Below are positions 8,779 through 18,518 of a DNA stretch of 64,000 bases, piece after piece. The position numbers and the translations under genes were made by a program. The stretch is from an uncultured Bacteroidia bacterium (lineage in GTDB: Bacteria; Bacteroidota; Bacteroidia; Bacteroidales; F082). The stretch lies in NCBI GenBank assembly GCA_902782455.1, contig CACZNA010000007.1, positions 3,865-67,864 of the forward strand. The letters run 5' to 3'. The number at the start of each line of letters is the position of its first letter. Position 1 is the first letter of the stretch. The notes under the pieces were generated by a model that was given only the letters and a program-made list of their open reading frames with translations, was not told where the DNA came from and did no database searches.

Positions 8779-10458
8779 TTATTTTTCCTTCACCCACTTC
8801 CCCGTCTCGACCAAGGTCCCTGAGCCTGTCGAAGGGCCGCCATCCGAAGTAAACACCTTCCAAACATAAACGCCCTCGACCCAATCCCCAGCATCAATCG
8901 TCGTCACACTCTCCGTGAGGGCTTGGCTGTGGACGAGCCTGCCGTTGGTGTCGTACACTTCCACGCGGGCGTTCTGCAATCCAGTCCTGATGTTCAGCAC
9001 ATCCTTCCCCGGATTAGGATAGGCCACCGCCACCTTCAAGCCGTTGTCATGCGCCTCGTCGATACCTTCAAAAGCCTCAGCGGGGAATTTGGTTATCGTC
9101 GTCCAGCGTTGGTCGGTGTTGTCGAGGTTTTTGGATTGATAGACAAGCAACAAGCCGCCGTCCCTTGTAGCCAAAATGCTCGTGGCGGTACTATGGATGC
9201 GTTCCCCCTCATGGTCATAATACAACGTTGATATTGTGTCGAAACCGGGAGTTAAACGCTCTATCATCATCCATGAATCGAGATTGCTCCAAAATCCTAT
9301 GTTCAACGTGTAGGCAAAGCAAAGGCTGTTGTCATCAAACAATTCGATGCCACTTGGCCAATCCAAATCATCGGAAGTGCGAGTGATGTATTGTAACGAA
9401 GGAATGTAGGGCTCAGTTCCGTCAATATTGTCGTCCAACTCATAAAGCCTCACGTCGTAATCAGTGGCTTTCGCGGGGTTGTTTGACGCTAATTCAACGG
9501 CAAAATAGGTTGTGTTGTGCCGACTTCTTTTTACCTTGATTCCTTGCATTAGGTCATCAAATTGCGAAAGCGGATCAATTTTCTTGCAAGGCCTCACCTT
9601 TAGCAGATTGAGATTATTGTCAAGATAAACAACATGATAATAGTATCCATCATCGACAAAACGGAACGGACAATACAACATATAACCCGCTTCCGATTTG
9701 AACAGCAATTCCCTTCCCAGAAAATGAAGACAACTGCCGCCACTACCCATGTAGGGAAGCTCAAATCCCTGTTGTTCAAGGATATTCCCTTCAAAATCCA
9801 TACGAAATGCGAACAAGGAATCGGGGCCATGCGGGTCGGTCGGATACCTGCTGTATGTCTTCATATAGGCACCAACTATTATGTCATCATCAACGACAGG
9901 AGGAACCATCACCAATGCACCACATTGTTCGAGCGGAACATCTTCCCATTGTTGGTCACGGTATTCCGAGGTGTCAATTTTGATATGGTGTTCGTAAGCC
10001 TCCACAATGTTCAGTTGGTCGTCAAGTTTGTACAATCCGTAAATACCTTCATCGGGCGGATTGTCATAGTTGAGAAAATAATTGAACGAAGTATAGTCGT
10101 GGTCAGGGGTGTAGGAGGCCATCATATACAATTCACCTTTTTTGTTTTCAATGATGTGCGGGTGTCCTCCATAGTAGGCTGGTTTGAAATAAAGGTTTTC
10201 CGCCAACTCCGTTCCGTCAGCCGCAAACATTTTTAAAGCGGGGTGTGGCGCATAAAAATCACCCCAATCGCACTTATAATATTGATTTGTCGAAACAACG
10301 ATGTTTCCCGAGGAAGTTTCGTATGGTTGGACCAAATCAAATTCCTCCTCATCGGAAAAACGCCATTCGTAGGACTGCTCCCACTCCTGCCCAAAGGCCT
10401 TGGCACCGACAAACAATGCGAGAGCGAAAGCAACTGAAAGTTTAAAAATCTTGTCCAT
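8779..10458 (-). CDS. T9SS cargo protein of unknown function (paralog of 5199-6737)
   Basis: Start taken at MDKIFKLSVAFALALFVGAKAFGQ. CTD AYPNPGKDVLNIRTGLQNARVEVYDTNGRLV..GVYVWKVF..ETGKWVKEK. Confidence 0.8.
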   Translation of the reverse strand: MDKIFKLSVAFALALFVGAKAFGQEWEQSYEWRFSDEEEFDLVQPYETSSGNIVVSTNQYYKCDWGDFYAPHPALKMFAADGTELAENLYFKPAYYGGHPHIIENKKGELYMMASYTPDHDYTSFNYFLNYDNPPDEGIYGLYKLDDQLNIVEAYEHHIKIDTSEYRDQQWEDVPLEQCGALVMVPPVVDDDIIVGAYMKTYSRYPTDPHGPDSLFAFRMDFEGNILEQQGFELPYMGSGGSCLHFLGRELLFKSEAGYMLYCPFRFVDDGYYYHVVYLDNNLNLLKVRPCKKIDPLSQFDDLMQGIKVKRSRHNTTYFAVELASNNPAKATDYDVRLYELDDNIDGTEPYIPSLQYITRTSDDLDWPSGIELFDDNSLCFAYTLNIGFWSNLDSWMMIERLTPGFDTISTLYYDHEGERIHSTATSILATRDGGLLLVYQSKNLDNTDQRWTTITKFPAEAFEGIDEAHDNGLKVAVAYPNPGKDVLNIRTGLQNARVEVYDTNGRLVHSQALTESVTTIDAGDWVEGVYVWKVFTSDGGPSTGSGTLVETGKWVKEK

Positions 10459-10478
10459 AGTTTCTTGTTTTTGAATTT

Positions 10479-10683
10479 GCGACACAAAACTATAACAAAA
10501 ATCCGCCAAAAAAGCCAATTCCATCGGTTAATCCACTATTTTTCCAAAAATCAATATTGATTGTCAACAGATTACGAAAAGTTTTTCCACTAAAAAGTTG
10601 TTGGAAATCCATGATAAATTCGCAAAATTCGTTTCATTCGCCGGCAAAAACAACGGCGAATTATACGAATTAAACGAATTTTG
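10479..10683. repeat. Mosaic intergenic cassette repeat with rearranged module order
   Basis: gcgacacaaaactataacaaaaatccgcc comes first. Next is the atcaatattgat palindrome plus cagattacgaaaag. The palindromic module aattcgtttcattcgccggcaaaaacaacggcgaatt comes last, next to the regulator stop. Confidence 0.7.
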
Positions 10684-12168
10684 TCACCCGACAAACCGCC
10701 TCCAAAGCACCTCAAACGAATCGGCTTGCGTCTTTCGCTTGATGGAAGTGCGGTATTTCGAGACGGTGTTTTCGCGCAGGTCAAGGATGTCGGCGATTTC
10801 CTTCGTGCGGAAAGGGAACATGGAAAGCACACAAATGTCGAGTTCGGTTTCGTTCAGGTCGGGATGGGCAGCCTTCAGTTTCGTCAAAGCATCGGGATAG
10901 GACTCGTTGAACACTTCGAGGATACGGCTGAAAGTGTTGTTGCGCTTGTCGCCGTAGATGGCCTGCACCTTCATCCTCAATGCTTCTTGCGCCTGCATTT
11001 CCAAAGCACCGTGCGCCTCATGCAGGTCGCGCTCGATGGCTTCATGTTTTCGGGTCATCCTTTTTCGATAGACGTGATGGTAGCCTACGAAAGTGGCCGC
11101 CATAGCGAGAAACACCAGCACCCAAAGCAGCGTTTTCCCACCTTTTTGCGGCTCCCTTTCCTTCAAATAGGCGTTCAGCACCGAAAGCACCTCGGCGTTG
11201 TGGTTCAATTCGGTCACCCGTTTTTCCTCCTGTACCTTCACTAAAGCGTAATAAGGCATTGCCCTCAGCGTGTCGCCCAACTCCTCATAACAATCGGCCA
11301 AACCGTAGGCAGCCTGTGTCTTAATGTTCTCATCCTTCGATTGATAGGCGACTTCCAAATCGGCCAAAGCCGCCGCATAGTCACGCGCCCGATAGTGGAC
11401 AAAGGCCTTTTCAATCGCGTTTTTGTGAAACAATTGGCAGTCACTATCTACCAAGGCAAAACTCTTCTCAAAATAATAGATGGCGGAATCGTATTGATGG
11501 CTGTGCCGCAAACTATTGGCGAGTGAGTTTTCCAACAATGCCGTTTCGTAAGGATAACGGTCGGCATTGGCGATGCGGAGGCCTTCGTCACAATAAAAAT
11601 AGGCTGTGTCGCCCTCTCCGGGTTTCCCGAAACGCTCGTAAAGCAAACCGAGGTTGGCCATCGAGCGGAGCATCCAAGCCGTGTCGCCAACAGAGGAGGC
11701 GCAATCCAAGCCCAAGCGGGCAAACTTCGTGCTGCATTGCTCGTCGGAGAAATTGAAAGCCAAACGCGAAAGGATGATACAAATCTTGCTGTAAAGCCTT
11801 CCAACGGGTGCCTGACGGGCATCGAAATGGGTGTCCAAGATGTTCAGGGCTTCCACGAAATGCGCCGTTGCCTTTTCCGAAAGTTTGTTCTTGTCAAAAA
11901 GCAGGCATCCCGTCAGGTAATGGCACCGCGCCTGCATCCAATAATCACGAGGCGTGTCGCTTTTTATATAAAAACCTAAAGCTGGACTTACGAGAGAATC
12001 CGTGAAGTCACGGTACTTGGAACCGTCAAATGTTGCTTCTACCGAGTCGATTAGCAATGCGTATTCCGCATCTTTAACGTCGTTGGGCGACAAAAAGTCG
12101 GTTTGCTGCCGAATGCAGGCCGCCAAAAAGCCCAATAAAACAAAACCGATATAAAACAGACGTTTCAT
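10684..12168 (-). CDS. Membrane-anchored TPR-like / LuxR-HTH regulator (paralog of 7027-8685)
   Basis: Start taken at MKRLFYIGFVLLGFLAAC (lipobox). TM LLWVLVFLAMAATFVGY. C-terminus PDLNETELDICVLSMFPFRTKEIADILDLRENTVSKYRTSIKRK. Confidence 0.65.
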   Translation of the reverse strand: MKRLFYIGFVLLGFLAACIRQQTDFLSPNDVKDAEYALLIDSVEATFDGSKYRDFTDSLVSPALGFYIKSDTPRDYWMQARCHYLTGCLLFDKNKLSEKATAHFVEALNILDTHFDARQAPVGRLYSKICIILSRLAFNFSDEQCSTKFARLGLDCASSVGDTAWMLRSMANLGLLYERFGKPGEGDTAYFYCDEGLRIANADRYPYETALLENSLANSLRHSHQYDSAIYYFEKSFALVDSDCQLFHKNAIEKAFVHYRARDYAAALADLEVAYQSKDENIKTQAAYGLADCYEELGDTLRAMPYYALVKVQEEKRVTELNHNAEVLSVLNAYLKEREPQKGGKTLLWVLVFLAMAATFVGYHHVYRKRMTRKHEAIERDLHEAHGALEMQAQEALRMKVQAIYGDKRNNTFSRILEVFNESYPDALTKLKAAHPDLNETELDICVLSMFPFRTKEIADILDLRENTVSKYRTSIKRKTQADSFEVLWRRFVG

Positions 12169-12205
12169 AAGTGCAAAGCAACTCAAATGCTTTATTGTAA
12201 AACTA

Positions 12206-12628
12206 TCATTTCGAATGTTCAGCAAACCAAACATTCAACATATCGGCTATGGTTTTGACAAACACTTGCGCTTGAGGCAACAATTCATCCACGGTTTCAA
12301 GCGTATGGTTGATAAAATCATCATAATCGCCAGTTGAGCGTTTGGAAAACAACCGACTGAAAAAGCGACCATGCTCGGGTGAAACTTTCCCAGTCAGCAC
12401 AAAATTCAAACCGAACTGATGACGGACACCATCGTGTGACTTGGTAACGATGCCATTCGCAATCAACAGAGCACTTACGGCATAATAGCAAGCATAATAC
12501 ATCCGATTGACAGCCGTGTTATAAAAGCCGTTTTCCCTATGGCTTTCCACTTCCGCCAAGGTGTTCCAAGCGTTTTCCAACCTGTAACGCACGATGTCAA
12601 TCCTCTGTTGTTCAGTTAGTCCAGTCAT
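12206..12628 (-). CDS. HEPN domain protein (toxin of an MNT-HEPN pair)
   Basis: MTGLTEQQRIDIVRYRLENAWNTLAEVE..NRMYYACYYAVSALL..SHDGVRHQFG.. has a HEPN-like layout. ATGA overlap with the upstream nucleotidyltransferase gene. Confidence 0.75.
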   Translation of the reverse strand: MTGLTEQQRIDIVRYRLENAWNTLAEVESHRENGFYNTAVNRMYYACYYAVSALLIANGIVTKSHDGVRHQFGLNFVLTGKVSPEHGRFFSRLFSKRSTGDYDDFINHTLETVDELLPQAQVFVKTIADMLNVWFAEHSK

Positions 12629-12933
12629 AGTTTCACTCTTTCGTTGACGACATTGATATAAAAAGGAGTCACAGGTTTCCCCCATTGGGATTTTGGGAGA
12701 ATCAAAGGATTAATGAGAACGCCTGACTGGAGTTCAATTTGATAAAGCGGAGTAAAGATTCTGTTCTCATCCTCACCCGAAACCGAAGGCTGGTCGACTA
12801 AAATCAACAAATCAATGTCAGAATCCGGCCTCGCATCGCCTCTCGCCTCGCTTCCATAAAGCCAGGCCTCCATGCGATAAGGCAACAAATCTAAGGCTTT
12901 TCTAATCGACTGAATGACACTTGTCCGCTTCAT
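12625..12933 (-). CDS. Minimal nucleotidyltransferase (MNT antitoxin-type)
   Basis: The LYGSEARGDARPDSDIDLLILV motif (GS..D.D) is typical of the Pol-beta superfamily NTase. Confidence 0.8.
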   Translation of the reverse strand: MKRTSVIQSIRKALDLLPYRMEAWLYGSEARGDARPDSDIDLLILVDQPSVSGEDENRIFTPLYQIELQSGVLINPLILPKSQWGKPVTPFYINVVNERVKL

Positions 12934-13012
12934 TTTGTTCTGTTTTGCCGCAAAAATAGATATTTTTATCGGTTTTTATGACAATTCTTCAAATATTTCT
13001 CTGCAAAGCAAC

Positions 13013-13927
13013 TCAAAACTTCACATAATGTTCCAGCAAGGGATTCACCTCCCCGTCTTCCTTGATGAGTGCCTCCATCTGCGCCCAGTTTTTGATCATT
13101 CCGCGTTTCTCGCGCTGGTTGAAAATGCGCTTCACTTGCTCGTAGTTGAGGTAGGGATGATGCACCAAAGTCTTGAAATCGGCGCGGTTGATGTCGATTT
13201 TGCGCGTTTCGGCCTCACCTAAATTAATATACGGCTCAATGGCGGAAAAACGCGCCTCGTCCATGCCCTTCACATCACGCAATTGTTCCTTGTCGACGAA
13301 GCCGCCCAACTTTTCGCGGAACTCGATGATGCGCAAAGCCGTATACGGACCGATTTGTGGCAGCTCCACCAAAGTCAGCGAGTCGACCGTATTGAGGTCG
13401 ACGATGGGAATGGCTTTCTTTTCCTCGGGTTTTGCTTCCTCCTGCTGAGTCGGTTTCTTTTCCGAGTCGGCATTCGAAGTGCTTCGGCGCGCCACCTCGG
13501 GCAAGACGATGAACGGCTCCAATTGTGCAAAATCCTCCTCGGTGATGGTGTAGAGTTTGGCCAAATCGCTTTTCGAGTAGAACTTACCACCCTTGTCGCG
13601 GTAGTTGATGATGTTTCGTATCTGCCTGTCTGTCAAGCCTATCCTTCTCCCCTCTTCCTCGGTCATGGTATTGGGGTTGAAAGGAAATGGCGTCAACTCT
13701 ATGACTTGTTGAACAACGTTTTGCGTGGCATTTTGCTGCTGTTCCTCAATCGCGGCATTGCGCAAGGCCAAAAGCGAGTCCAAATTACGAAGCGAAGCCT
13801 CGTCCAACGAAACGCGAGGACGATGCAACACGCAAGCCAGCACCAAAAGGAGGACAACCGCCAAGATGGTGATGATGGCGATACGTTCCCCTTTGTTGAA
13901 CGACAAAAACTTGCGCAACTCCTCCAT
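13013..13927 (-). CDS. ComEA-like helix-hairpin-helix DNA-binding membrane protein
   Basis: N-terminal TM IAIITILAVVLLLVLAC. Has repeated HhH-like segments (DLNTVDSLTLVELPQIGPYTALRIIEFR.., IDINRADFKTLVHHPYLNYEQVKRI). Confidence 0.65.
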   Translation of the reverse strand: MEELRKFLSFNKGERIAIITILAVVLLLVLACVLHRPRVSLDEASLRNLDSLLALRNAAIEEQQQNATQNVVQQVIELTPFPFNPNTMTEEEGRRIGLTDRQIRNIINYRDKGGKFYSKSDLAKLYTITEEDFAQLEPFIVLPEVARRSTSNADSEKKPTQQEEAKPEEKKAIPIVDLNTVDSLTLVELPQIGPYTALRIIEFREKLGGFVDKEQLRDVKGMDEARFSAIEPYINLGEAETRKIDINRADFKTLVHHPYLNYEQVKRIFNQREKRGMIKNWAQMEALIKEDGEVNPLLEHYVKF

Positions 13928-13930
13928 AGC

Positions 13931-15283
13931 TTATTTTATCAACCCGCTGACAAAGATGAAGGCGATGGCCACAGGAGCCAAGTATCTGATAATGAAGAAA
14001 AAGATTTTCTTAAGTGACGACTTCAACGTGCCCTCATTCGACACCTCATCAAAAAACTTCTGCTTGCCCAATTTCCAGCCCACAAAGATGACAATCAGCA
14101 ATCCGCCGAAAGGCAGCAGAATGTTGGACGAGACAAAGTCCATCAGGTCGAAAACGGTCTTGCCTCCAATGGCAAAAGGCGTGTGTTCCATAAGGCTCAA
14201 CGAGGCGAAAGCACCAAGGAAGAGCGTGGCGCCACAAGCCAAGACAGTAGCTTTCTTTCTGTTGAGGTGCAACTCCTCGGAAAGGAAGGCCACAATGACT
14301 TCAAGCAGCGAAATCGTGGATGTCAGTGCGGCGATGGCTAACAACACGAAGAAGATGATGCAGAAGACATATCCTCCCGCCATCTGGTTGAAAATCATCG
14401 GTATCGTATTGAACACCAACCCCATGCCTGCCGTCGGACGGATGCCAAACGAGAAAGCCGCAGGGAAAATGACGATTCCCGCCAGCACTGCAACCAATGT
14501 GTCGGCAAATATCACGGAAAAGGCCGTGGAAGTCAGGTTGTCGGTTTTCTTCACGTATGAACCGTATGTGATGAGCACACCCATGCCGAGGCTCAACGAG
14601 AAAAAACTTTGTCCCAAGGCATCAATGAGCACTTCACCTGTAATCTTCGAGAAATCAAGCTTAAAGAGGAAAGCCAAACCATCGTGGGCACCCGGCAGAG
14701 TGGCGGAACGTATGCCAAGGATGATAAGGATGACCAAGAGCAGCGGCATCAGGATTTTTGAGTATTTTTCAATGCCGTTTTGCACGCCTCGGAAGACCAC
14801 ATACCCCGTCAGGAAGATGAACATGGCCTGCAATATCACATTGAGCCAACCCAAGTTGTGGAAATCGGCAAAGTCTTGCTGCATAGCGGCCAAATCCTTG
14901 CCGTGGAACGAGTTGGTCACGGCCTTGAAGATGTATTCCAAGGTCCATCCCGCCACGGTGGTATAGAACGCAAAAATGATGAGGCCACACAAAACGCCCA
15001 TGTAACCGACTAAAGGCCAACCCGATTTAGGTGCCAACTTCTTGAAGGCACCGACTATGTTGCTTTGGGAACGACGACCGATGACAAGCTCCGAAAGCAT
15101 CACGGGGATGCCGAGGAGAATGACCATGAAGAGATAAACCAATAGGAACGCCGCCCCTCCATTGTCGCCCAACTCACAAGGGAAACGATAGATGTTGCCT
15201 AAACCGATGGCCGAACCCGCAGCAGCGGCAATGATGCCCAATTTCGAGCCAAAGCCATCGCGCTTTTTCTTTTCTTCTGCCAT
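13931..15283 (-). CDS. Sodium-dependent transporter, neurotransmitter:sodium symporter (NSS/SNF) family
   Basis: GFGSKLGIIAAAAGSAIGLGNIYRFP..GGAAFLLVY signature. Multi-TM throughout. Confidence 0.85.
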   Translation of the reverse strand: MAEEKKKRDGFGSKLGIIAAAAGSAIGLGNIYRFPCELGDNGGAAFLLVYLFMVILLGIPVMLSELVIGRRSQSNIVGAFKKLAPKSGWPLVGYMGVLCGLIIFAFYTTVAGWTLEYIFKAVTNSFHGKDLAAMQQDFADFHNLGWLNVILQAMFIFLTGYVVFRGVQNGIEKYSKILMPLLLVILIILGIRSATLPGAHDGLAFLFKLDFSKITGEVLIDALGQSFFSLSLGMGVLITYGSYVKKTDNLTSTAFSVIFADTLVAVLAGIVIFPAAFSFGIRPTAGMGLVFNTIPMIFNQMAGGYVFCIIFFVLLAIAALTSTISLLEVIVAFLSEELHLNRKKATVLACGATLFLGAFASLSLMEHTPFAIGGKTVFDLMDFVSSNILLPFGGLLIVIFVGWKLGKQKFFDEVSNEGTLKSSLKKIFFFIIRYLAPVAIAFIFVSGLIK

Positions 15284-15295
15284 AGTATATGATTT

Positions 15296-15961
15296 TTAAG
15301 ATGATCTCTTTTCTCCGTAGGCCAAATCGCCGACATCGCCCATGCCTGGAACGACGTATGCACGGGCAGTCAATTCCTCATCGATGCCGCCTACCCAAAT
15401 TGTTACGGGCTTGAGCGACATGGCCTGCTTCACATAGTCGAGGCCGTCTTGCGAGGCCACGGCCACAGCGATATGTATCTGTTTAGGCTCTTCATCCTCC
15501 AACAACCCTTGAAGCGTTTTCACGATGGACTCGCCCGTAGCCAGCAAGGGGTCGCAAAGGATGAGCACACGGTCGTCCAAACTGGGCGAAGAATAATACT
15601 CCACACGGATTTCAGAATCCTCCTCGTTCTTGTCGTATTTGCGGTAGGCCGCGATGAAGGCACTGTCGGCATGGTCGAGCATACTGATCATCCCGTTATG
15701 GAACGGCAGTCCGGCCCGAAGGATGGTGGCCACTACAGGTTGTTCCTTCATCGTGCGTATTTCCTTGACGCCCAATGGTGTAGTCACCTCTTCCTCTTCG
15801 TATTCAAAGGTCTTGCTGATTTCGTAAGCCATAATCTCGCCGATACGCTCAAGGTTGCGGCGGAAGCGCATACGGTCAAGTTGGATGACTGCATCGCGCA
15901 ATTCGGCCATAATTTGGTTGAAGACGCTGTCATTCGCGCCCAAGTCGTGTATTTTTATCAT
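15296..15961 (-). CDS. upp: Uracil phosphoribosyltransferase
   Basis: ..ATILRAGLPF.. and the PRPP-binding loop VLILCDPLLATGES. The end, YVVPGMGDVGDLAYG, is UPRT-typical. Confidence 0.85.
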   Translation of the reverse strand: MIKIHDLGANDSVFNQIMAELRDAVIQLDRMRFRRNLERIGEIMAYEISKTFEYEEEEVTTPLGVKEIRTMKEQPVVATILRAGLPFHNGMISMLDHADSAFIAAYRKYDKNEEDSEIRVEYYSSPSLDDRVLILCDPLLATGESIVKTLQGLLEDEEPKQIHIAVAVASQDGLDYVKQAMSLKPVTIWVGGIDEELTARAYVVPGMGDVGDLAYGEKRSS

Positions 15962-16019
15962 AGTAGTGTAGTTTTATTGGCACAAAAATAGAGCATTATC
16001 CTTTACGGAGCAAATTTAT

Positions 16020-16952
16020 TCACTTTTTTCTTCCTTTCCAAACCTTCAGCAGCCCCTTCCCTATGGCCGACAAATTATTAAAGGTATAGGATGGGTATTT
16101 CACTTCATTACCGCCAAAACCGAGATAGAAACGCGCCAGATTTTCGTCGTCGGAGCCTTCAAAATCAAAGGTAACGGGTTGATTGGCAAATCTTTGTATG
16201 GTATTATCCAAAAGGAATGTCATGGCCTGCTTGTCCTTGCCTTCTTGCTTGAGACCCGAGAAAAGGAAGGTGATTCGACCGTTGGCTTTCATGAAGATGG
16301 CCGCGCTAAGCAGCTCACCCACACCTTTTTCGGTCACGCCGAGAATGAATGCGGAATTGCGCTGCACAGCAACCTTGCCCAAGGCCGTCAGACGTGCGTA
16401 TTCGGCATCGCCCCATTTGTCGAGCAAGGCTCCGCGATTGTCGGTGAACAAGGCCACCACATGATAGGGAATCACCGTGTCAACGATTTGCAGTTGGTTG
16501 CTCTCAGCCTTGGCCAAATTGCGCTTGGTGTTTTGGTGATAGTTGGAACGGATTTCCTCGTAACTCTTATTTAGGTCAAGAAATACATTCCGATGATATT
16601 CAACGCCTTGCGTACTTTCACTGAACAAATTGTGCTCATTCAGCCGGATTTCAGCGAAACGGTATTTCTTAGGGATGGCTTGAAGGAACATTTCTGTTTT
16701 TTCGGCGGTCAAAGGCTGTTTGGAAAACACACCGAGCTGTTGCACGAAATAAGGCTGGTAGAGATAATCCACACCGAATTTCTTTCCTGCAGTCATGGGC
16801 ATAACGGACTGATAATCATCCTCAACCAGGGCACCCCACTCAGGATGGACCACATCAAGATACCAGGAATAGGCGTAAATGTTGCCACACTCTGCAATGG
16901 TGGCATCCCATTTGTTTTTGTCGATTTGGTTATGTGTAAGATATTGAATCAT
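16020..16952 (-). CDS. GNAT/FemAB-like acyltransferase-fold protein (function unassigned)
   Basis: 310 aa with a 4-bp overlap with the upstream deacetylase-like gene. General resemblance to the BioF2-like/FemAB acetyltransferase domain; a weak call. Confidence 0.4.
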   Translation of the reverse strand: MIQYLTHNQIDKNKWDATIAECGNIYAYSWYLDVVHPEWGALVEDDYQSVMPMTAGKKFGVDYLYQPYFVQQLGVFSKQPLTAEKTEMFLQAIPKKYRFAEIRLNEHNLFSESTQGVEYHRNVFLDLNKSYEEIRSNYHQNTKRNLAKAESNQLQIVDTVIPYHVVALFTDNRGALLDKWGDAEYARLTALGKVAVQRNSAFILGVTEKGVGELLSAAIFMKANGRITFLFSGLKQEGKDKQAMTFLLDNTIQRFANQPVTFDFEGSDDENLARFYLGFGGNEVKYPSYTFNNLSAIGKGLLKVWKGRKK

Positions 16953-18265
16953 TGTGATATATATTCGATTAAATGACGGTACATCTCAGGCCAGCCGACC
17001 CAACGCTGTTCGCCGCCAAGGGTTTCGTTGTGTGTTAAATAGATGAAAGTACCGCCGACGGCATTCACCTCGTCGACCAACTGAGTGGCAAGGGTGTATG
17101 AAGACTCCACGTCGAGGTTGAGATAGTCGCGCATGGTGCCGTCCATGAGGGCAAAAGGATGCACACGAAGGTTTGTAACCATGTCGTTTTCAAGGTCGTA
17201 GAAACGGAAAGTGTTGGCAATGCCTGCTCGGAATCCGGCTTGCGAGGCGAAACCCATCGTGTAGTCGTCGCTAATATCCAACTCTATGAGTTTCTGATAG
17301 CTGCGGGGCAGATTCATCCTCAAGAAATGCTGCCGGCTTTTGGTCAGCGGACGATGCAACACCTCCGAAAGATTGTCGATTTCGCGACGCATCTTGTCGA
17401 TGTCCAAGTACGACGAAAACGAAGGGTGAATGCCCACGTCGGCATAGTCGCCGAGATGCTTGATGAGGTTGCGGAAGGCTTCCTTGCGGAGCGAAATGTT
17501 TTTGTCGTTGGTGTCGTATTCGCCACAAAGGATGAAGTATATCGGCTTGAGTTTGAACTCTTTCTGCAAATCGAACTGGAAATCGAAGGAATCGAAGGGA
17601 TCATTCCGCTTGCCCCTCAAAACCTGATGGCGTTCCTTGATTCGCCCCATATCGCCCGCCGCCAAATCCTTGAGGAAACCGCCCACGGTGCGATAGAGGC
17701 CCTTGTGCTTGTAGGCCCAAGCCGCATCCACATCATAAGTCGGGACAAATGTGAATTTCGGTTGTTTCATGGGAAGGTCGGGATAAGCAGCCTTCAATTT
17801 GGTTCCCAACGACTTAGCCCAAATGTTGACCAAAGGTTTTTGGAGCATTCCGTTCTCAAACATCCAGGTCGACTCGGCCTGAAAACGTCCGTACTTGTCG
17901 CGCACTTGTGGCAAATACTCTTCATAACGCGAAACCAAATAAAACGACGCTGCAAACACATCGAATGGCATCAGCAGGTTCTTCCCATAGACAGGAAACA
18001 AACCTTTTACACCCTCAAAATCAATTGATTGCGTATCCTTTTCACTGATATTACGTTCAAAAAGCAGGTTGACCGACTTCACGAAAGGTGCATCGCACAA
18101 CCGCTCATCACCATAGTGCATCTTCGGGCCTTCTTCCGCCTTGAAACGCTCCACATCAGTGGTCAGGGCAAAGTCAAGTCCGAGAAGGTCCTCCAAGAGC
18201 AAATCGAAGGTGTAAGCAACTCGGTCGGTGATTTTCGGTACAAGAACCAGCATTTTCATAGGCAC
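16949..18265 (-). CDS. Polysaccharide deacetylase-like (NodB-homology) family protein
   Basis: TYDVDAAWAY.., GIHPSFSSY.., SRQHFLRM.., AGFRAGIANTFRFYD are patterns seen in the Bacteroidota deacetylase-like family. Confidence 0.5.
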   Translation of the reverse strand: MPMKMLVLVPKITDRVAYTFDLLLEDLLGLDFALTTDVERFKAEEGPKMHYGDERLCDAPFVKSVNLLFERNISEKDTQSIDFEGVKGLFPVYGKNLLMPFDVFAASFYLVSRYEEYLPQVRDKYGRFQAESTWMFENGMLQKPLVNIWAKSLGTKLKAAYPDLPMKQPKFTFVPTYDVDAAWAYKHKGLYRTVGGFLKDLAAGDMGRIKERHQVLRGKRNDPFDSFDFQFDLQKEFKLKPIYFILCGEYDTNDKNISLRKEAFRNLIKHLGDYADVGIHPSFSSYLDIDKMRREIDNLSEVLHRPLTKSRQHFLRMNLPRSYQKLIELDISDDYTMGFASQAGFRAGIANTFRFYDLENDMVTNLRVHPFALMDGTMRDYLNLDVESSYTLATQLVDEVNAVGGTFIYLTHNETLGGEQRWVGWPEMYRHLIEYISQ

Positions 18266-18485
18266 AAAAATAAAAGGAATTTCAATGCCAATGACATTAA
18301 CGATGAAAAATCGTGAAATTGACTATTTGAATCTGATTTAAAACACGAATTATCAGTAATTTATCTCGAATTGATTCAAAAATTGAATTTCTGGAAATTC
18401 GTGGTTAATTGAAGGAAATTCATGTCGAAAAACAAACAAAAACGATTTCTATGGCCATTTCGGGCGAACCAATCCCGAAAAGTTG

Positions 18486-18493
18486 TAATTTTG
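18486..18493 (+). promoter_or_regulatory. -7 promoter box TAATTTTG upstream of dnaX
   Basis: TAnnTTTG match 26 nt upstream of ATG 18519. Confidence 0.45.
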
Positions 18494-18518
18494 TCGGTTT
18501 AAAACAAGGCTTCCCGAT

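Noticed and set aside
13725-14966. Long + strand ORF (413 aa) in the ORF track.
   Set aside because: It lies entirely antisense to the well-supported NSS transporter gene (13931-15283). Its product is low-complexity and Ser/Lys/Ala/Met-rich with no motifs, so it is a shadow ORF. The same reasoning applies to 20450-21421 and 21449-22435 (antisense to pepO), 36365-37780 (antisense to uvrB), 17159-18028, 22844-23785, 33575-34480, 42888-43771, 51445-52155 and 58896-59774.
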